Origin: Minisyncoccota bacterium
Lineage (GTDB): Bacteria > Patescibacteriota > Minisyncoccia > Phycocordibacterales > Phycocordibacteraceae
Assembly: GCA_041660025.1 (NCBI GenBank)
Contig: JBAZXD010000001.1
Location: forward strand, 305,851-369,850
DNA: 64,000 bases
Direction: 5' to 3'
The stretch's first letter is position 1. Every line of letters begins with the position of its first letter. Of the stretch, positions 8,589 to 18,251 are shown in pieces. Position numbers and translations under genes: made by a program. The notes below the pieces were generated by a model that saw nothing but the letters and a program-made list of their open reading frames with translations, searched no databases and was not told the origin of the DNA.

Positions 8589-9188
8589 TTGCGAGGGAGG
8601 AGCGCCGCGACTATACTACAGAGAATGCTTACGCCGCCAGCCGCCCTGCACGCCCTCCTTTTCGCCTCCGGAGAACCAGTGGAGAAAAAACAGCTCGCGA
8701 AGCTTCTGGATATCAAGGAAACCGAGCTTGTTGTGGTACTCAAGGCGCTTACCGATTCGCTGAGAGGCAGCGGCGTCGTGCTGGTCGAGACCGATACCGA
8801 GGCGGAGCTGCGTACCGCCTCCGAAGCCTCCGTCATCGTGAAGAAACTCCGCGAGAGCGAGCTCGCGCGCGACCTCGGGAAGGCGAGCCTCGAGACTCTC
8901 GCCGTCATCGCCTACGGCGCCGGCACAACGCGCGGCGAAGTTGATTGGGTGCGCGGCGTCAATTCCTCGACCTCACTCCGCACCCTGCTTATGCGGGGAC
9001 TTATCGAGGGAAGGGAAGACGAGCGCGACAAGCGCCGCATCCGCTACAGCCTCACGACAGAGGCGCTTGCGCATCTCGGCATCGTCCGCACCGGCGATTT
9101 GCCGCGTGTCGAGGAACTCGGCGCCGCCGCGCGCGCGGTCATCGCCGAAGAAGCCGCGCACGCATCTGCGGAGGATACGTCGGCATAG
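8589..9188 (+). CDS. scpB: Segregation and condensation protein B
   Basis: LLFASGEPV...LETLAVIAYGAGTTRGEVDWVRGV pattern of the ScpB winged helix. Confidence 0.85.
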   Translation: MRGRSAATILQRMLTPPAALHALLFASGEPVEKKQLAKLLDIKETELVVVLKALTDSLRGSGVVLVETDTEAELRTASEASVIVKKLRESELARDLGKASLETLAVIAYGAGTTRGEVDWVRGVNSSTSLRTLLMRGLIEGREDERDKRRIRYSLTTEALAHLGIVRTGDLPRVEELGAAARAVIAEEAAHASAEDTSA

Positions 9189-9192
9189 CTAT

Positions 9193-10140
9193 ATGGATTC
9201 ATCCGAACTTCAGAAGCTTGCGCAGCACTCGCGTTCCACGCGCGAGGCGGGCATCGCACTCCTGTTCGCCTCGGGACTGCTCGCACTCTTCCTTTTCGTA
9301 CCGCTCTCGCCGAACGTCGCGGCGCCCGCACCGGTCGCCACCGAACCGTCTACCGTACCGGACGCGTTCGCACAGACCTCTATCGAGGCGGAAGCGGCAA
9401 TCGTCTACGATCTAACGACCGGGGAGACGCTCTATGCGAAGAGCGCCGACGCCCAACTCCCGCTCGCTTCGCTCACGAAGCTCCTGACCGTCTATGCCGC
9501 GCTCGCCGAACTCTCGCCGGATACGCCGATACTCATTTCCGCCGACGCCGCGCGCGTTGAAGCACCGCGCGCGTTCAATCAAGGACAGACTTTCTCGCTC
9601 GCCGACCTCGCGCGACTTACCCTGACCGCCTCGCTGAATGACGGCGCCGCGGCTATCGCCGAAGCCGCCGCCGCGCGCCAGAACCGCTCGCAGAGCGCCC
9701 TGCTCGCCGGCGCCGCGGGCGCGCTCGGCCTCTCCCAAACATATGCGGTGAACGGGAGCGGCCTCGACGTGAACACGGCGATCTCCGGCGGATACGGTTC
9801 GGCACGCGACCTCGCCCGCCTCGCCGGCGCGCTCGTCGAACAAGCTCCGGGAATCGCCGCGGCGACGACACGGAGTTCGGCACAGGCCGTGTCAGAGGGC
9901 GGCACGCGCTTTTCCGTGAAGAATACGGACCCTATGGTCGACACGATGCCGCGACTACTCCTCTCGAAAACCGGATACACCGATCTTGCAGGCGGCAATC
10001 TCGTACTCGTCTTCGACGCCGGCATCCGGCATCCGATCGCCGTCGTCGTGCTCGGCTCCTCGCTTACAGAGCGTTTTACCGATGGCGCGGCGCTCGTATC
10101 CGCCACCCTCGCGCACTTCGCCGGCGTCGCCTCTCTATGA
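9193..10140 (+). CDS. D-alanyl-D-alanine carboxypeptidase (peptidase S11, PBP5-like)
   Basis: SLTKL (SxxK) active-site motif after an N-terminal TM/signal segment. Internal ATG chosen, since the Arg-rich upstream extension of ORF 8941 overlaps scpB. Confidence 0.8.
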   Translation: MDSSELQKLAQHSRSTREAGIALLFASGLLALFLFVPLSPNVAAPAPVATEPSTVPDAFAQTSIEAEAAIVYDLTTGETLYAKSADAQLPLASLTKLLTVYAALAELSPDTPILISADAARVEAPRAFNQGQTFSLADLARLTLTASLNDGAAAIAEAAAARQNRSQSALLAGAAGALGLSQTYAVNGSGLDVNTAISGGYGSARDLARLAGALVEQAPGIAAATTRSSAQAVSEGGTRFSVKNTDPMVDTMPRLLLSKTGYTDLAGGNLVLVFDAGIRHPIAVVVLGSSLTERFTDGAALVSATLAHFAGVASL

Positions 10141-11213
10141 TCGCCTCCGACATCATCAAGGTATTCATCCCCGCGACCACCGCGTTCGTCGTGGGCATCC
10201 TCCTCGCACCGCTTCTGACGCACTATCTCTTTAAGCATCGCGTGTGGAAGAAGGCAGTGAGCAAGACCGCGCTCGACGGCACCCCGGCGGTAGAGTTCGA
10301 GAAACTTCGTATGACGGTCCACACCGGCACCGAGACGTCGACGCCGCGTATGGGCGGGGTCCTCATCTGGGCGAGCGTCGCGCTCGTAACCATCGGCACC
10401 TGGTCGCTCGGACAATTCGTCCCCACACCACTCACCGAGAAACTCGACTTCCTCAGTCGCAGTCAGACCTGGATACCGTTCTTCGCACTCCTCGCCGGCG
10501 CGGCGATGGGCTTTCTGAACGACCTCCTCGATATCCACCCATCGGGCGAGCGGGGCGTACGCCTGCGCACCCGACTTCTCTTCGTCACGCTCGTGTCGCT
10601 CTTCATCGGCTGGTGGTTCTACGCGAAGCTCGGCGTCACGGCGATCGGCATCCCCGCAGACGGCACGTTCACGCTCGGCGTGTTCATCATCCCGCTCTTC
10701 GTCATCATCACGCTCGGGCTCTATGCGGGTGGCGTCATCGACGGCATCGACGGGCTCGCAGGGGGCGTTTTCAGTACCGCGTTTATGGCCTATGCCGGCA
10801 TTGCTTATTTTCAGAATCAGATCGACCTTGCGGCTTTCTCCGCGACGGTGACCGGTGCTATCCTCGCCTTCCTCTGGTTCAATATTCCGCCCGCGCGCTT
10901 CTGGATGACCGAGACCGGCACGATGGGTCTCACGATGACACTCGCCGTCATCGCCTTTATGACCGACACGCCGGGGAACGGCTACGGCGTCGCCGCGCTC
11001 CCCATCATCGCGTTCCCGCTCGTCATCACCGTTCTCTCGAACATCATCCAGGTGGCCTCAAAGCGGTTCCGCGGAAAAAAGGTGTTTCGCATCGCGCCTC
11101 TGCACCACCACTTCGAGGCCATCGGCTGGCCCTCGTATAAGGTGACGATGCGGTATTGGATCATCTCGATTGTCTGCGCCATCGTCGGCATGACCGTAGC
11201 CCTGCTCAAGTGA
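10137..11213 (+). CDS. mraY: Phospho-N-acetylmuramoyl-pentapeptide transferase
   Basis: Polytopic membrane protein with the DGIDGLAGG motif; ATGA overlap with the upstream gene. Confidence 0.92.
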   Translation: MIASDIIKVFIPATTAFVVGILLAPLLTHYLFKHRVWKKAVSKTALDGTPAVEFEKLRMTVHTGTETSTPRMGGVLIWASVALVTIGTWSLGQFVPTPLTEKLDFLSRSQTWIPFFALLAGAAMGFLNDLLDIHPSGERGVRLRTRLLFVTLVSLFIGWWFYAKLGVTAIGIPADGTFTLGVFIIPLFVIITLGLYAGGVIDGIDGLAGGVFSTAFMAYAGIAYFQNQIDLAAFSATVTGAILAFLWFNIPPARFWMTETGTMGLTMTLAVIAFMTDTPGNGYGVAALPIIAFPLVITVLSNIIQVASKRFRGKKVFRIAPLHHHFEAIGWPSYKVTMRYWIISIVCAIVGMTVALLK

Positions 11214-11217
11214 CCCT

Positions 11218-12315
11218 ATGAAGTTCGTCTCCGGCGACCGAATGTTCTTTCTGCTGGTGCTCGGGATCGTACTCACCGGTCTCGCTATATTTTCTTCCGC
11301 AGCGCTCGGCCTCCTGGCCCGGGAGAGCAGTACCGTGTCGCAGGATATCCTGCTTCAAGCCGGACTCGGCATCGGGCTCGGATTCTTGGCGCTTATGCTC
11401 GCCCGCGCGCTCCCGTTCGCGTACCTGAAGCCTCTCGCTCCGTATCTCTACGCGGCATCCATCCTCTTCACGGCGCTCGTCTTCGTTCCCGGTGTCGGAC
11501 TGACCGCGAACGGGGCAACGCGCTGGATCGACCTCGGCTGGACGACCGTCCAGCCGGCGGAGTTCCTGAAGATCGGCTTCGTGCTCGCGCTTGCGTGGTG
11601 GCTCGCGCCGCGCGCGCGCGAGCTCGCGAACGTGAAAAAAGGATTGCTCCCGTTCATTTTCATCCTCGCGTTCCCGACCGTCCTCCTGCTCGCTCAGCCG
11701 AATACCTCGACGACCCTGCTCATCATCGCGACGGGTATCGTTATGTATTTTGCGGCAGGAGCGCCGTGGCGCGACTTCGGCATCCTGGCGGTGGTCCTCA
11801 TCATCGCGCTCACCACCGTCGTCCTCGCACGACCCTATGTGCTCGAGCGCGTGAAGACATTCCTGGACCCTTCCGCCAACTCGCTCAGTAGCGGCTACCA
11901 GATACAGCAATCGCTTATCGCCGTCGGGAGCGGCGGTCTCCTCGGCAGAGGGTTCGGGCAGAGCGTCGAGAAGTTCAATTATCTGCCAGAGCCTTCCGGC
12001 GATTCGGTGTTCGCCGTGTTCGCGGAGGAGACCGGATTCGTCGGCGCGCTCTTCCTCCTCCTCCTCTTCGTCGCGCTCGCGGCGCGCGGCATCGTGATAG
12101 CAGGGAATTCACGCGACCTCTTCGGCGGTCTGCTCGCGCTCGGACTCTCTTTCATTATCATCCTGCAGGCGTTCATCAATATGTCCGCGATGCTCGGCAT
12201 CATCCCGCTCACCGGACTGCCGCTCCCGTTCGTCTCGCACGGCGGTACCGCGCTTATGGCCGCTCTCATTATGTGTGGCCTCATCCTCAACGTCGCGGCT
12301 CATCGCAGGTCATAA
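11218..12315 (+). CDS. ftsW: SEDS-family peptidoglycan polymerase FtsW/RodA
   Basis: 10-TM SEDS architecture located between mraY and murG. Confidence 0.88.
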   Translation: MKFVSGDRMFFLLVLGIVLTGLAIFSSAALGLLARESSTVSQDILLQAGLGIGLGFLALMLARALPFAYLKPLAPYLYAASILFTALVFVPGVGLTANGATRWIDLGWTTVQPAEFLKIGFVLALAWWLAPRARELANVKKGLLPFIFILAFPTVLLLAQPNTSTTLLIIATGIVMYFAAGAPWRDFGILAVVLIIALTTVVLARPYVLERVKTFLDPSANSLSSGYQIQQSLIAVGSGGLLGRGFGQSVEKFNYLPEPSGDSVFAVFAEETGFVGALFLLLLFVALAARGIVIAGNSRDLFGGLLALGLSFIIILQAFINMSAMLGIIPLTGLPLPFVSHGGTALMAALIMCGLILNVAAHRRS

Positions 12316-12321
12316 TCCCGA

Positions 12322-12394
12322 GCCGACATACCGAAAAGAGGTAGTAAGACTTGGCCTAGCGGCCCGGAGCGCGACCTCTTTTCGGTATGTCGGC
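12322..12394 (+). repeat. Structured element copy A: 19-bp perfect stem enclosing a conserved 35-nt core (GTAGTAAGACTTGGCCTAGCGGCCCGGAGCGCGAC)
   Basis: Left arm gccgacataccgaaaagag and right arm ctcttttcggtatgtcggc are perfectly complementary. The identical core recurs at 58471..58505 inside a different stem. Confidence 0.6.
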
Positions 12395-12418
12395 GAAGGT
12401 ACGCTATACTACACACAT

Positions 12419-13558
12419 ATGACTATCGTGTTTACCGGAGGGGGGAGCGGCGGGCATTTCTATCCGATTATCGCCATCGCCGAGGCGCTCCAGGACCTCG
12501 TGCGCGAAGAGCGGCTCGTCGCGCCGAAGCTCTACTACCTCGCGCCGACGTCCTTCGACGAAAAGGCGCTCTTCGAGAACGGTATCACGCACATCCGCAC
12601 ACCGGCGGGGAAGGTGCGGCGCTACGCTTCGATTCGTAATTACACCGATTCTTTCATTACGCTCATCGGAACAATTTCTGCGCTTTTTACGCTCTTCCGT
12701 TTGTATCCGGATGTCGTGATGAGCAAGGGCGGTTACGGAAGCGTGCCGACCGTGCTCGCCGCCCGCCTCCTGCGCATTCCCATCATCATCCACGAGTCGG
12801 ACGCGAAGCCTGGCCGCGCGAATCTGCTCGCCGCCCCGTGGGCGACGAAGATCGCTATCTCCTTCGAGGGCGCCGCATCCTTTTTCCCCGAGAAGACGCG
12901 CAGTCGCATCGCTCGCACCGGCATTCCTATCCGTAAGGCGCTGATGCGCGTGGAGTCTGAGGGCGCGCGGCAATATCTCGGGCTCGAGAACGGCGTGCCG
13001 ACCGTCCTTATCCTCGGCGGTTCCCAGGGCGCGCTGAAGATAAATGAGGCCGTGCTCTCGTCGCTCCCCGACCTCGTGTCCTTCGCCAATATCATCCACC
13101 AGACCGGACAGGTGCATTTCAAGAATATCGCGGCGGTCTCGCAGGTCGCACTCGCGAAGTCCCCGAACGCCTCCCGGTATCACCCCGTAAATTATCTCGA
13201 CGAGACCTCGCTCCAGAGAGCCGCCGCCGTCGCGGACATCGTCGTCTCACGCGCGGGCGCGGGTTCCATCGCCGAGATAGGCCTCTGGAAGAAGCCGGCT
13301 ATCATCATCCCGATACCCGAGTCCGTGAGCCACGACCAGCGCACGAACGCGTACAGCTACGCCCGGACGGGAGCGGCGGTCGTGCTCGAAGAAGAGAATC
13401 TCACGCCGCACCTGCTTGTGTCCGAGGTGCGGCGCATCGTGGGCGACCCGGAGCTCGCGAAGCGTATGGGCGCCTCTGCGGCCGGCTTCACCGACCCGGA
13501 CGCCGCGCGCATCCTCGCGCGCGAACTGCTCGCCGTCGCGCTCACGCACGAATCATGA
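12419..13558 (+). CDS. murG: UDP-GlcNAc:undecaprenyl-PP-MurNAc-pentapeptide GlcNAc transferase
   Basis: N-terminal FTGGGSGGHFYP glycine loop (GT28). Start taken at the internal ATG (MTIVFTGGG); the 5' extension of ORF 12275 would read through the hairpin element. Confidence 0.9.
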   Translation: MTIVFTGGGSGGHFYPIIAIAEALQDLVREERLVAPKLYYLAPTSFDEKALFENGITHIRTPAGKVRRYASIRNYTDSFITLIGTISALFTLFRLYPDVVMSKGGYGSVPTVLAARLLRIPIIIHESDAKPGRANLLAAPWATKIAISFEGAASFFPEKTRSRIARTGIPIRKALMRVESEGARQYLGLENGVPTVLILGGSQGALKINEAVLSSLPDLVSFANIIHQTGQVHFKNIAAVSQVALAKSPNASRYHPVNYLDETSLQRAAAVADIVVSRAGAGSIAEIGLWKKPAIIIPIPESVSHDQRTNAYSYARTGAAVVLEEENLTPHLLVSEVRRIVGDPELAKRMGASAAGFTDPDAARILARELLAVALTHES

Positions 13559-14886
13559 GTACCGTCGTCACTCGTTTTGCTCCTTCTCCGACCGGTCTTC
13601 TTCATGCCGGCAATTACCGCACTGCTGTATTCGCCTATCTTTTTGCAAAACATTCCGGCGGGAAATTCATCGTACGGATAGAGGACACCGACGTAGCGCG
13701 CTCCAAACCGGAATACGAAGAGAATATCCACGAGGCGCTCGCGTGGCTCCGGCTTCCCGCCGACGAGACGTATCGCCAGAGTGAACATCGCGCGCGGCAT
13801 CGCGCACTGCTCGAGAAACTCATAGCCGATGACACCGCATACGTCTCAAAAGAAACGCCGCAAGCTCCGGGCGACCGGGAGGAGGTCATTCGTTTCAGAA
13901 ATCCCGGCGGCACGGTTTCTTTTACCGACGTCATCCGCGGAGAGATAACGACCGATGTAGGCGATCTCGGCGACTTCATCATCGCCCGTTCGCTTGATGA
14001 GCCGGTCTTCCATTTCGCCGTCGTCGTCGATGATGCGGATGAAGGCGTAACGCACGTCATCCGTGGCGGCGATCATATATCGAACACTGCGCGGCAGATA
14101 CTCATCCAGCGCGCGCTCGGTCTCGCCGAACCGCTTTACGCGCACCTGCCGCTTATCCTTGATAGCAGCCACAAGAAGCTCTCTAAGCGCGCCGGGGCGA
14201 AGGCGCTGACCGAGTATCGCGACCTCGGTATACTGCCCGAGGCTCTCTTAAATTATCTCGCATTCCTCGGTTGGAATCCGGGCGACGACCGCGAATACCT
14301 ATCACGAGAAGAGCTGGTCAAAGATTTTGATATTTCTCGCGTACAGAAGGGGAGCGCCATATTCGACGAAGTGAAGCTTCTTTCGGTCAATCAGCATTGG
14401 ATGCGGGCGCTTTCCGTCGAAGATTTCATCGCACACGGCGATTTCGTTGTTCCTGATGTAGAGAAACTCCGAAAAATCGTCCCACTCCTCAAGGAACGTG
14501 CTCATACCTTCGGCGAGGCGCGCGAGATGCTCTCGGGCGAGCTTTCCTGCCTCTTCGAAATCCCGACTCTCGATCGCGAAAAGCTCCTCGCTAAGGAGCC
14601 CTCCGACCGTCCGGAAACGGCGAAAAACGGCCTGGAAGGCCTGTTAAAGCTCATAGAAGCCCTTCCGGACAACGTTTCTGCCGAGGCGGTTAAAGAGGTC
14701 ATTATGCCGCTCGCCGACGCCGAGGAGGCGAAAGGGAAGGGAGGTCGGGGCGCGGTTCTCTGGCCGCTCCGCTACGCGCTCTCCGGGGCTGAGCGTTCGC
14801 CCGACCCGTTCACCCTTCTCTCGATCCTGGGCAGAGACGAGGGGATTTCGCGCATACGGAAGGCTATTGCTATACTCGGAGGATGA
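13555..14886 (+). CDS. gltX: Glutamyl-tRNA synthetase
   Basis: FAPSPTGLLHAGN (HIGH region) and KLSKR (KMSKS variant); 443 aa. Confidence 0.9.
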   Translation: MSTVVTRFAPSPTGLLHAGNYRTAVFAYLFAKHSGGKFIVRIEDTDVARSKPEYEENIHEALAWLRLPADETYRQSEHRARHRALLEKLIADDTAYVSKETPQAPGDREEVIRFRNPGGTVSFTDVIRGEITTDVGDLGDFIIARSLDEPVFHFAVVVDDADEGVTHVIRGGDHISNTARQILIQRALGLAEPLYAHLPLILDSSHKKLSKRAGAKALTEYRDLGILPEALLNYLAFLGWNPGDDREYLSREELVKDFDISRVQKGSAIFDEVKLLSVNQHWMRALSVEDFIAHGDFVVPDVEKLRKIVPLLKERAHTFGEAREMLSGELSCLFEIPTLDREKLLAKEPSDRPETAKNGLEGLLKLIEALPDNVSAEAVKEVIMPLADAEEAKGKGGRGAVLWPLRYALSGAERSPDPFTLLSILGRDEGISRIRKAIAILGG

Positions 14887-16145
14887 AGCGCGTCGGATCC
14901 CTGTTCTTTTTTTTCATATTCGGCGCGGGCCTTGTTCTTAGCGCTCCGGCATCCGTACACGCCGATGCCGCGTCGGATATCCGGTCCCAGATAGATACGA
15001 ACAATCAACAGCTCGAGGCGCTGAAGGCCGAGATTGCCGCCTTTCAACAACAGCTCGATGCGCTCGGCTCGAAGAAGGATACGCTCCAGTCGACTATCAG
15101 TTCGCTCGCCCTCTCGCAGAAACAGCTCGCGACGCAGATCAAGGCGACGCAGAATAAAATCGCCTCGGCGAACCTGAAGATACGAGAACTCACGCTCTCT
15201 ATCGGGGATAAGGAGGCGACCATCGCCGCCGACCAAGACGCGATCGCCAAAGCGCTCCGGAGCATCGCCGAAGGCGAGCGCGCGTCGCTCATCACGACCC
15301 TCATCTCTGCGCATTCCTTCGGCAGTGCCTGGCAGGCCGTCGACGAGAGTGCGCAGTTCAATCGGGCCCTTACCGGCGATATACAAGAGTTGCGCACCGT
15401 CCGCACGGCGCTCGCGACGAACCGGGACGCGGTGACCAAGGCAAAAGCAACTCTCGTGTCGCTCCAGAACGACCTTTCTCTGCAGAAAAAATCTATCGAC
15501 CTCCAGAAGACGGCGCAACAGAAACTCCTAGCCGATACGAAGAACCAGGAGAGCGCGTACCAGAAGATCGTAGCGAGCAAGAAGGCGGAGGAGGCCGCGT
15601 TCGAGTCGGCACTGTTCGAACTCGAATCGCAACTCCAGTACGTCCTCGATCCGAGTAGCGTCCCTCCTGCGGGCAAGGGGGTGTTGCGGTGGCCCTTGAC
15701 CGACGTCTTCATCACCCAGCAATTCGGCAAGACTTCGTCCTCACAGCGCCTCTACACCTCTGGGACGCACAACGGCGTAGACTTCCGCGCACGGATCGGC
15801 ACTCCCATTCGCGCGGCGCTCTCAGGCACCGTGCTCGCAATAAACTACGGCTCTGTCCGGAATTGTCAGTATGGCAAGTGGATACTCATCCAACACCCAA
15901 ACGGCCTCGCAACGCTCTACGCGCATCTCTCCGATATCAGTGTATCGAAAGGGGCTACGGTCTATACCGGACAGGTCATCGGCTTCGCCGGCGATACCGG
16001 CTACGCGATAGGGCCGCACCTGCACTTCACCGTATATATCGCCGAGGCGATCTCCTTTAAGCAGTACACCTGCTGGAATAAATCCGTCGTGACAATACCG
16101 GTCGCGCCCCCAAATGCGTACCTCAACCCGCTTTCGTATCTCTAG
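14883..16145 (+). CDS. M23-family peptidoglycan endopeptidase with N-terminal coiled coil (EnvC-like)
   Basis: Signal peptide, a long Q/A/L-rich coiled coil, and a C-terminal GTHNGVDF...HLHF zinc-peptidase M23 core. Confidence 0.85.
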   Translation: MKRVGSLFFFFIFGAGLVLSAPASVHADAASDIRSQIDTNNQQLEALKAEIAAFQQQLDALGSKKDTLQSTISSLALSQKQLATQIKATQNKIASANLKIRELTLSIGDKEATIAADQDAIAKALRSIAEGERASLITTLISAHSFGSAWQAVDESAQFNRALTGDIQELRTVRTALATNRDAVTKAKATLVSLQNDLSLQKKSIDLQKTAQQKLLADTKNQESAYQKIVASKKAEEAAFESALFELESQLQYVLDPSSVPPAGKGVLRWPLTDVFITQQFGKTSSSQRLYTSGTHNGVDFRARIGTPIRAALSGTVLAINYGSVRNCQYGKWILIQHPNGLATLYAHLSDISVSKGATVYTGQVIGFAGDTGYAIGPHLHFTVYIAEAISFKQYTCWNKSVVTIPVAPPNAYLNPLSYL

Positions 16146-16268
16146 TCGATTCGGAGCAGGGGATTGTGCGAGTTCTGGAAAGAAAATAAAAACCGCCTTC
16201 CATTCCGTTGCACATACTACGTGCGTAGGAATGAAAGGCGATTCGGAACGGCCTGGTGGCCGCGCTCA

Positions 16269-16967
16269 TCAGGTCATAAGCGGAATGTGCTGGCAGGTCG
16301 TCGCCGTAAGGCGGACGCAATCGCACGGCGCGAGCTCGATGGTATCGAGCGCGGTTACGTGTTGCGGGAACAACGCCTGAGCAACAGCGTTGCCCATGAC
16401 CGCGTGGTTGAAGATGGCGATCCGGCGCGCCTCGCTGATCCCCGGAATCGAACCGAACACTTGCCGAGTTTCATCCATAAAGCGGATGAGAACCCCTGTC
16501 ATGTCGAGCCACTTGAATTCCCTGTACGAAATTTCCGACGCAATCGTCTTTTCATTGAACAACTGCTCCATCTTGGCCGACAATGCAAACGTGGCGGCGA
16601 AGTCTGCGTCGCTCGCGGGACAGTACAGCTCGCGACCCTTACCGTCGTACCAGTTCCCCTTAAGGAGGATGAACTGCTCGACGGCCTTCTTGGCCGTCTG
16701 TTGGGCGCGCGGAGCCGCCGAGCAGATGACATGGTCGAAGACGACGCCCAGCGTGGACATAATCTTCCCGAGCTGCTTGGCTTGCGCGATGCCTTTTTCG
16801 GAGAGAACGCGGCCGAAGTCGTCTTCGATTCCGTCCTCAACCTGTTCAGCGTGCCCGTGGCGGAAGATATAGACGACCGCCTCGGGATGCAAGAGTTGCT
16901 GCTTGACCTTTACATCACCGCGAACGTCTCGATCGATAAGGTGTTCGATCTGGGAAGCATTGAACAT
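16269..16967 (-). CDS. Histidine phosphatase superfamily (phosphoglycerate-mutase-like) protein
   Basis: Catalytic RHG motif (IFRHGHAE) near the N-terminus; ~230 aa. Confidence 0.75.
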   Translation of the reverse strand: MFNASQIEHLIDRDVRGDVKVKQQLLHPEAVVYIFRHGHAEQVEDGIEDDFGRVLSEKGIAQAKQLGKIMSTLGVVFDHVICSAAPRAQQTAKKAVEQFILLKGNWYDGKGRELYCPASDADFAATFALSAKMEQLFNEKTIASEISYREFKWLDMTGVLIRFMDETRQVFGSIPGISEARRIAIFNHAVMGNAVAQALFPQHVTALDTIELAPCDCVRLTATTCQHIPLMT

Positions 16968-17112
16968 GGTAGACCTCCACTATTTGACCTACGTTTATGA
17001 ACCCAGTTTTGGCTGGGAGATAGCAAGACCTTCTTACTCTGCTGAAAAGTCTAGCATATAGCTAGTATAATGTCAATATTCTCGAAAACATAGCGCCCTG
17101 GGACGTAAAACC

Positions 17113-17793
17113 TTAATTTTTTGACGAGTCGCGGGTGGCCCAGAGGAGAAGGGAAGCGTAGGTGCGGTACGGGGACCACTTTTCGGCGATGGCGAGGAGG
17201 GAAGAACGCGGAGTGTTTTTCGGCAGGCCATACAGAACCTCCATCGCGCGGACAAGACCGAGATCGCCCGGCGAGAAAACGTCGGCGCGCCCGAGCGCGA
17301 ACATCAGGAACATCTCGACCGACCACGGCCCGAGCCCCCATATCTGCATCAGTTGTCCCGCCGCTTCTGTTTCTGGAATTTTTTTCAGTGCAAGAAGATC
17401 GAGCGATTTATTTTTCACTGCCTTTGCAATTTCCTTCAGCGTCCTGCTCTTCGCACCCGAGAGGCCGGCTTTTTTGAAAGCCGGTAGGGAAGTCCTGATG
17501 ACCGATTCGGGGGTCAATTGACCCTTGCAAGCCTTCTTCACGCGCGCGAAGATAGTGTCGGCGACTGTCGTGCCGAGTTGTTGTGAGATGACGATGGATA
17601 CTAATGACTCAAACAGTTGTGCGCGCGTCTTTTTATCGGAAAGTTGTTCCGGCAGGGAGGCATGGTGCACGCGCGTCGCCTTATGGAAATGCGGATCAAC
17701 CCGCTTAAAATGCTTCAGCGCATCCTGCTTTCTCGTCATGCCGAGATAGTACCACTGGCTTTTCTTCGTTGTATACTGTCCGTAATGATCCAT
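17113..17793 (-). CDS. HhH-GPD DNA glycosylase (AlkA-like 3-methyladenine glycosylase II)
   Basis: HhH-GPD signature LGPWSVEMFLMFALGRADVFSPGDLGL, with conserved Asp after the hairpin. Start set at the internal Met; the ORF as listed extends to 17976. Confidence 0.7.
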   Translation of the reverse strand: MDHYGQYTTKKSQWYYLGMTRKQDALKHFKRVDPHFHKATRVHHASLPEQLSDKKTRAQLFESLVSIVISQQLGTTVADTIFARVKKACKGQLTPESVIRTSLPAFKKAGLSGAKSRTLKEIAKAVKNKSLDLLALKKIPETEAAGQLMQIWGLGPWSVEMFLMFALGRADVFSPGDLGLVRAMEVLYGLPKNTPRSSLLAIAEKWSPYRTYASLLLWATRDSSKN

Positions 17794-18080
17794 GAGATGA
17801 TCCGTCTGGTGTTCTGGACGTTCGTCCTCCTCCTTGCACTGTCGTTCTTCGGTATCTCGATACAGGCCATCATTAACTCTCCCGCTGGCCAGGCGAATGT
17901 CTCTTACCTCCTCGACCTCCTCTCCCAGGCTTGGCTCTGGGCTACGCAGTGGATCCGTCCGTAAGGGGGCATCCATCCATCGTCCGTAGGGGACTCTGTA
18001 CCGTATGTGCGCACAATATATCTTTTGCGCACAGTCCTAGGGAGCATCCGCTCACACCACTTCCCCAAACAGAAATTAAT

Positions 18081-18191
18081 TATTTGAACGCGATGATGAT
18101 GACCTGTAAAAGACTGATGAGCGTACTGGTAAATCCCGTCCAAAAGGCGTAGGTCTGAAGTTGGTCAACGGAACGTCGTTTTTGTGTCATA
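18081..18191 (-). CDS. Putative tail-anchored micro-protein (36 aa), paralog 1
   Basis: MTQKRRSVDQLQTYAFWTGFTSTLISLLQVIIIAFK: basic N-terminus plus a single C-terminal TM helix. Not in the ORF track (<60 aa). Paralogous to the peptide at 18252..18413. Confidence 0.35.
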
Positions 18192-18251
18192 GGGAAGAGG
18201 ATACCACGAGTGTCAGGGGTGCAAGGGACTTACCCACTTCCCTATTCCCCA

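Noticed and set aside
8941-9192. N-terminal 84-codon extension of the DD-carboxypeptidase ORF
   Set aside because: Arg/Ser-rich and overlaps scpB. The internal ATG at 9193 directly follows the scpB stop and precedes the signal/TM segment.
10244-11140. 298-aa Arg/His-rich + strand ORF
   Set aside because: It lies entirely inside mraY in another frame. The composition (R/H/P runs) is typical of out-of-frame translation of GC-rich coding DNA.
12275-12418. N-terminal extension of murG (GTG start)
   Set aside because: Would translate through the conserved hairpin element. MurG's glycine-loop N-terminus begins at the ATG at 12419.
16164-17000. 278-aa + strand ORF
   Set aside because: Antisense to the histidine-phosphatase gene, which has the catalytic RHG motif.
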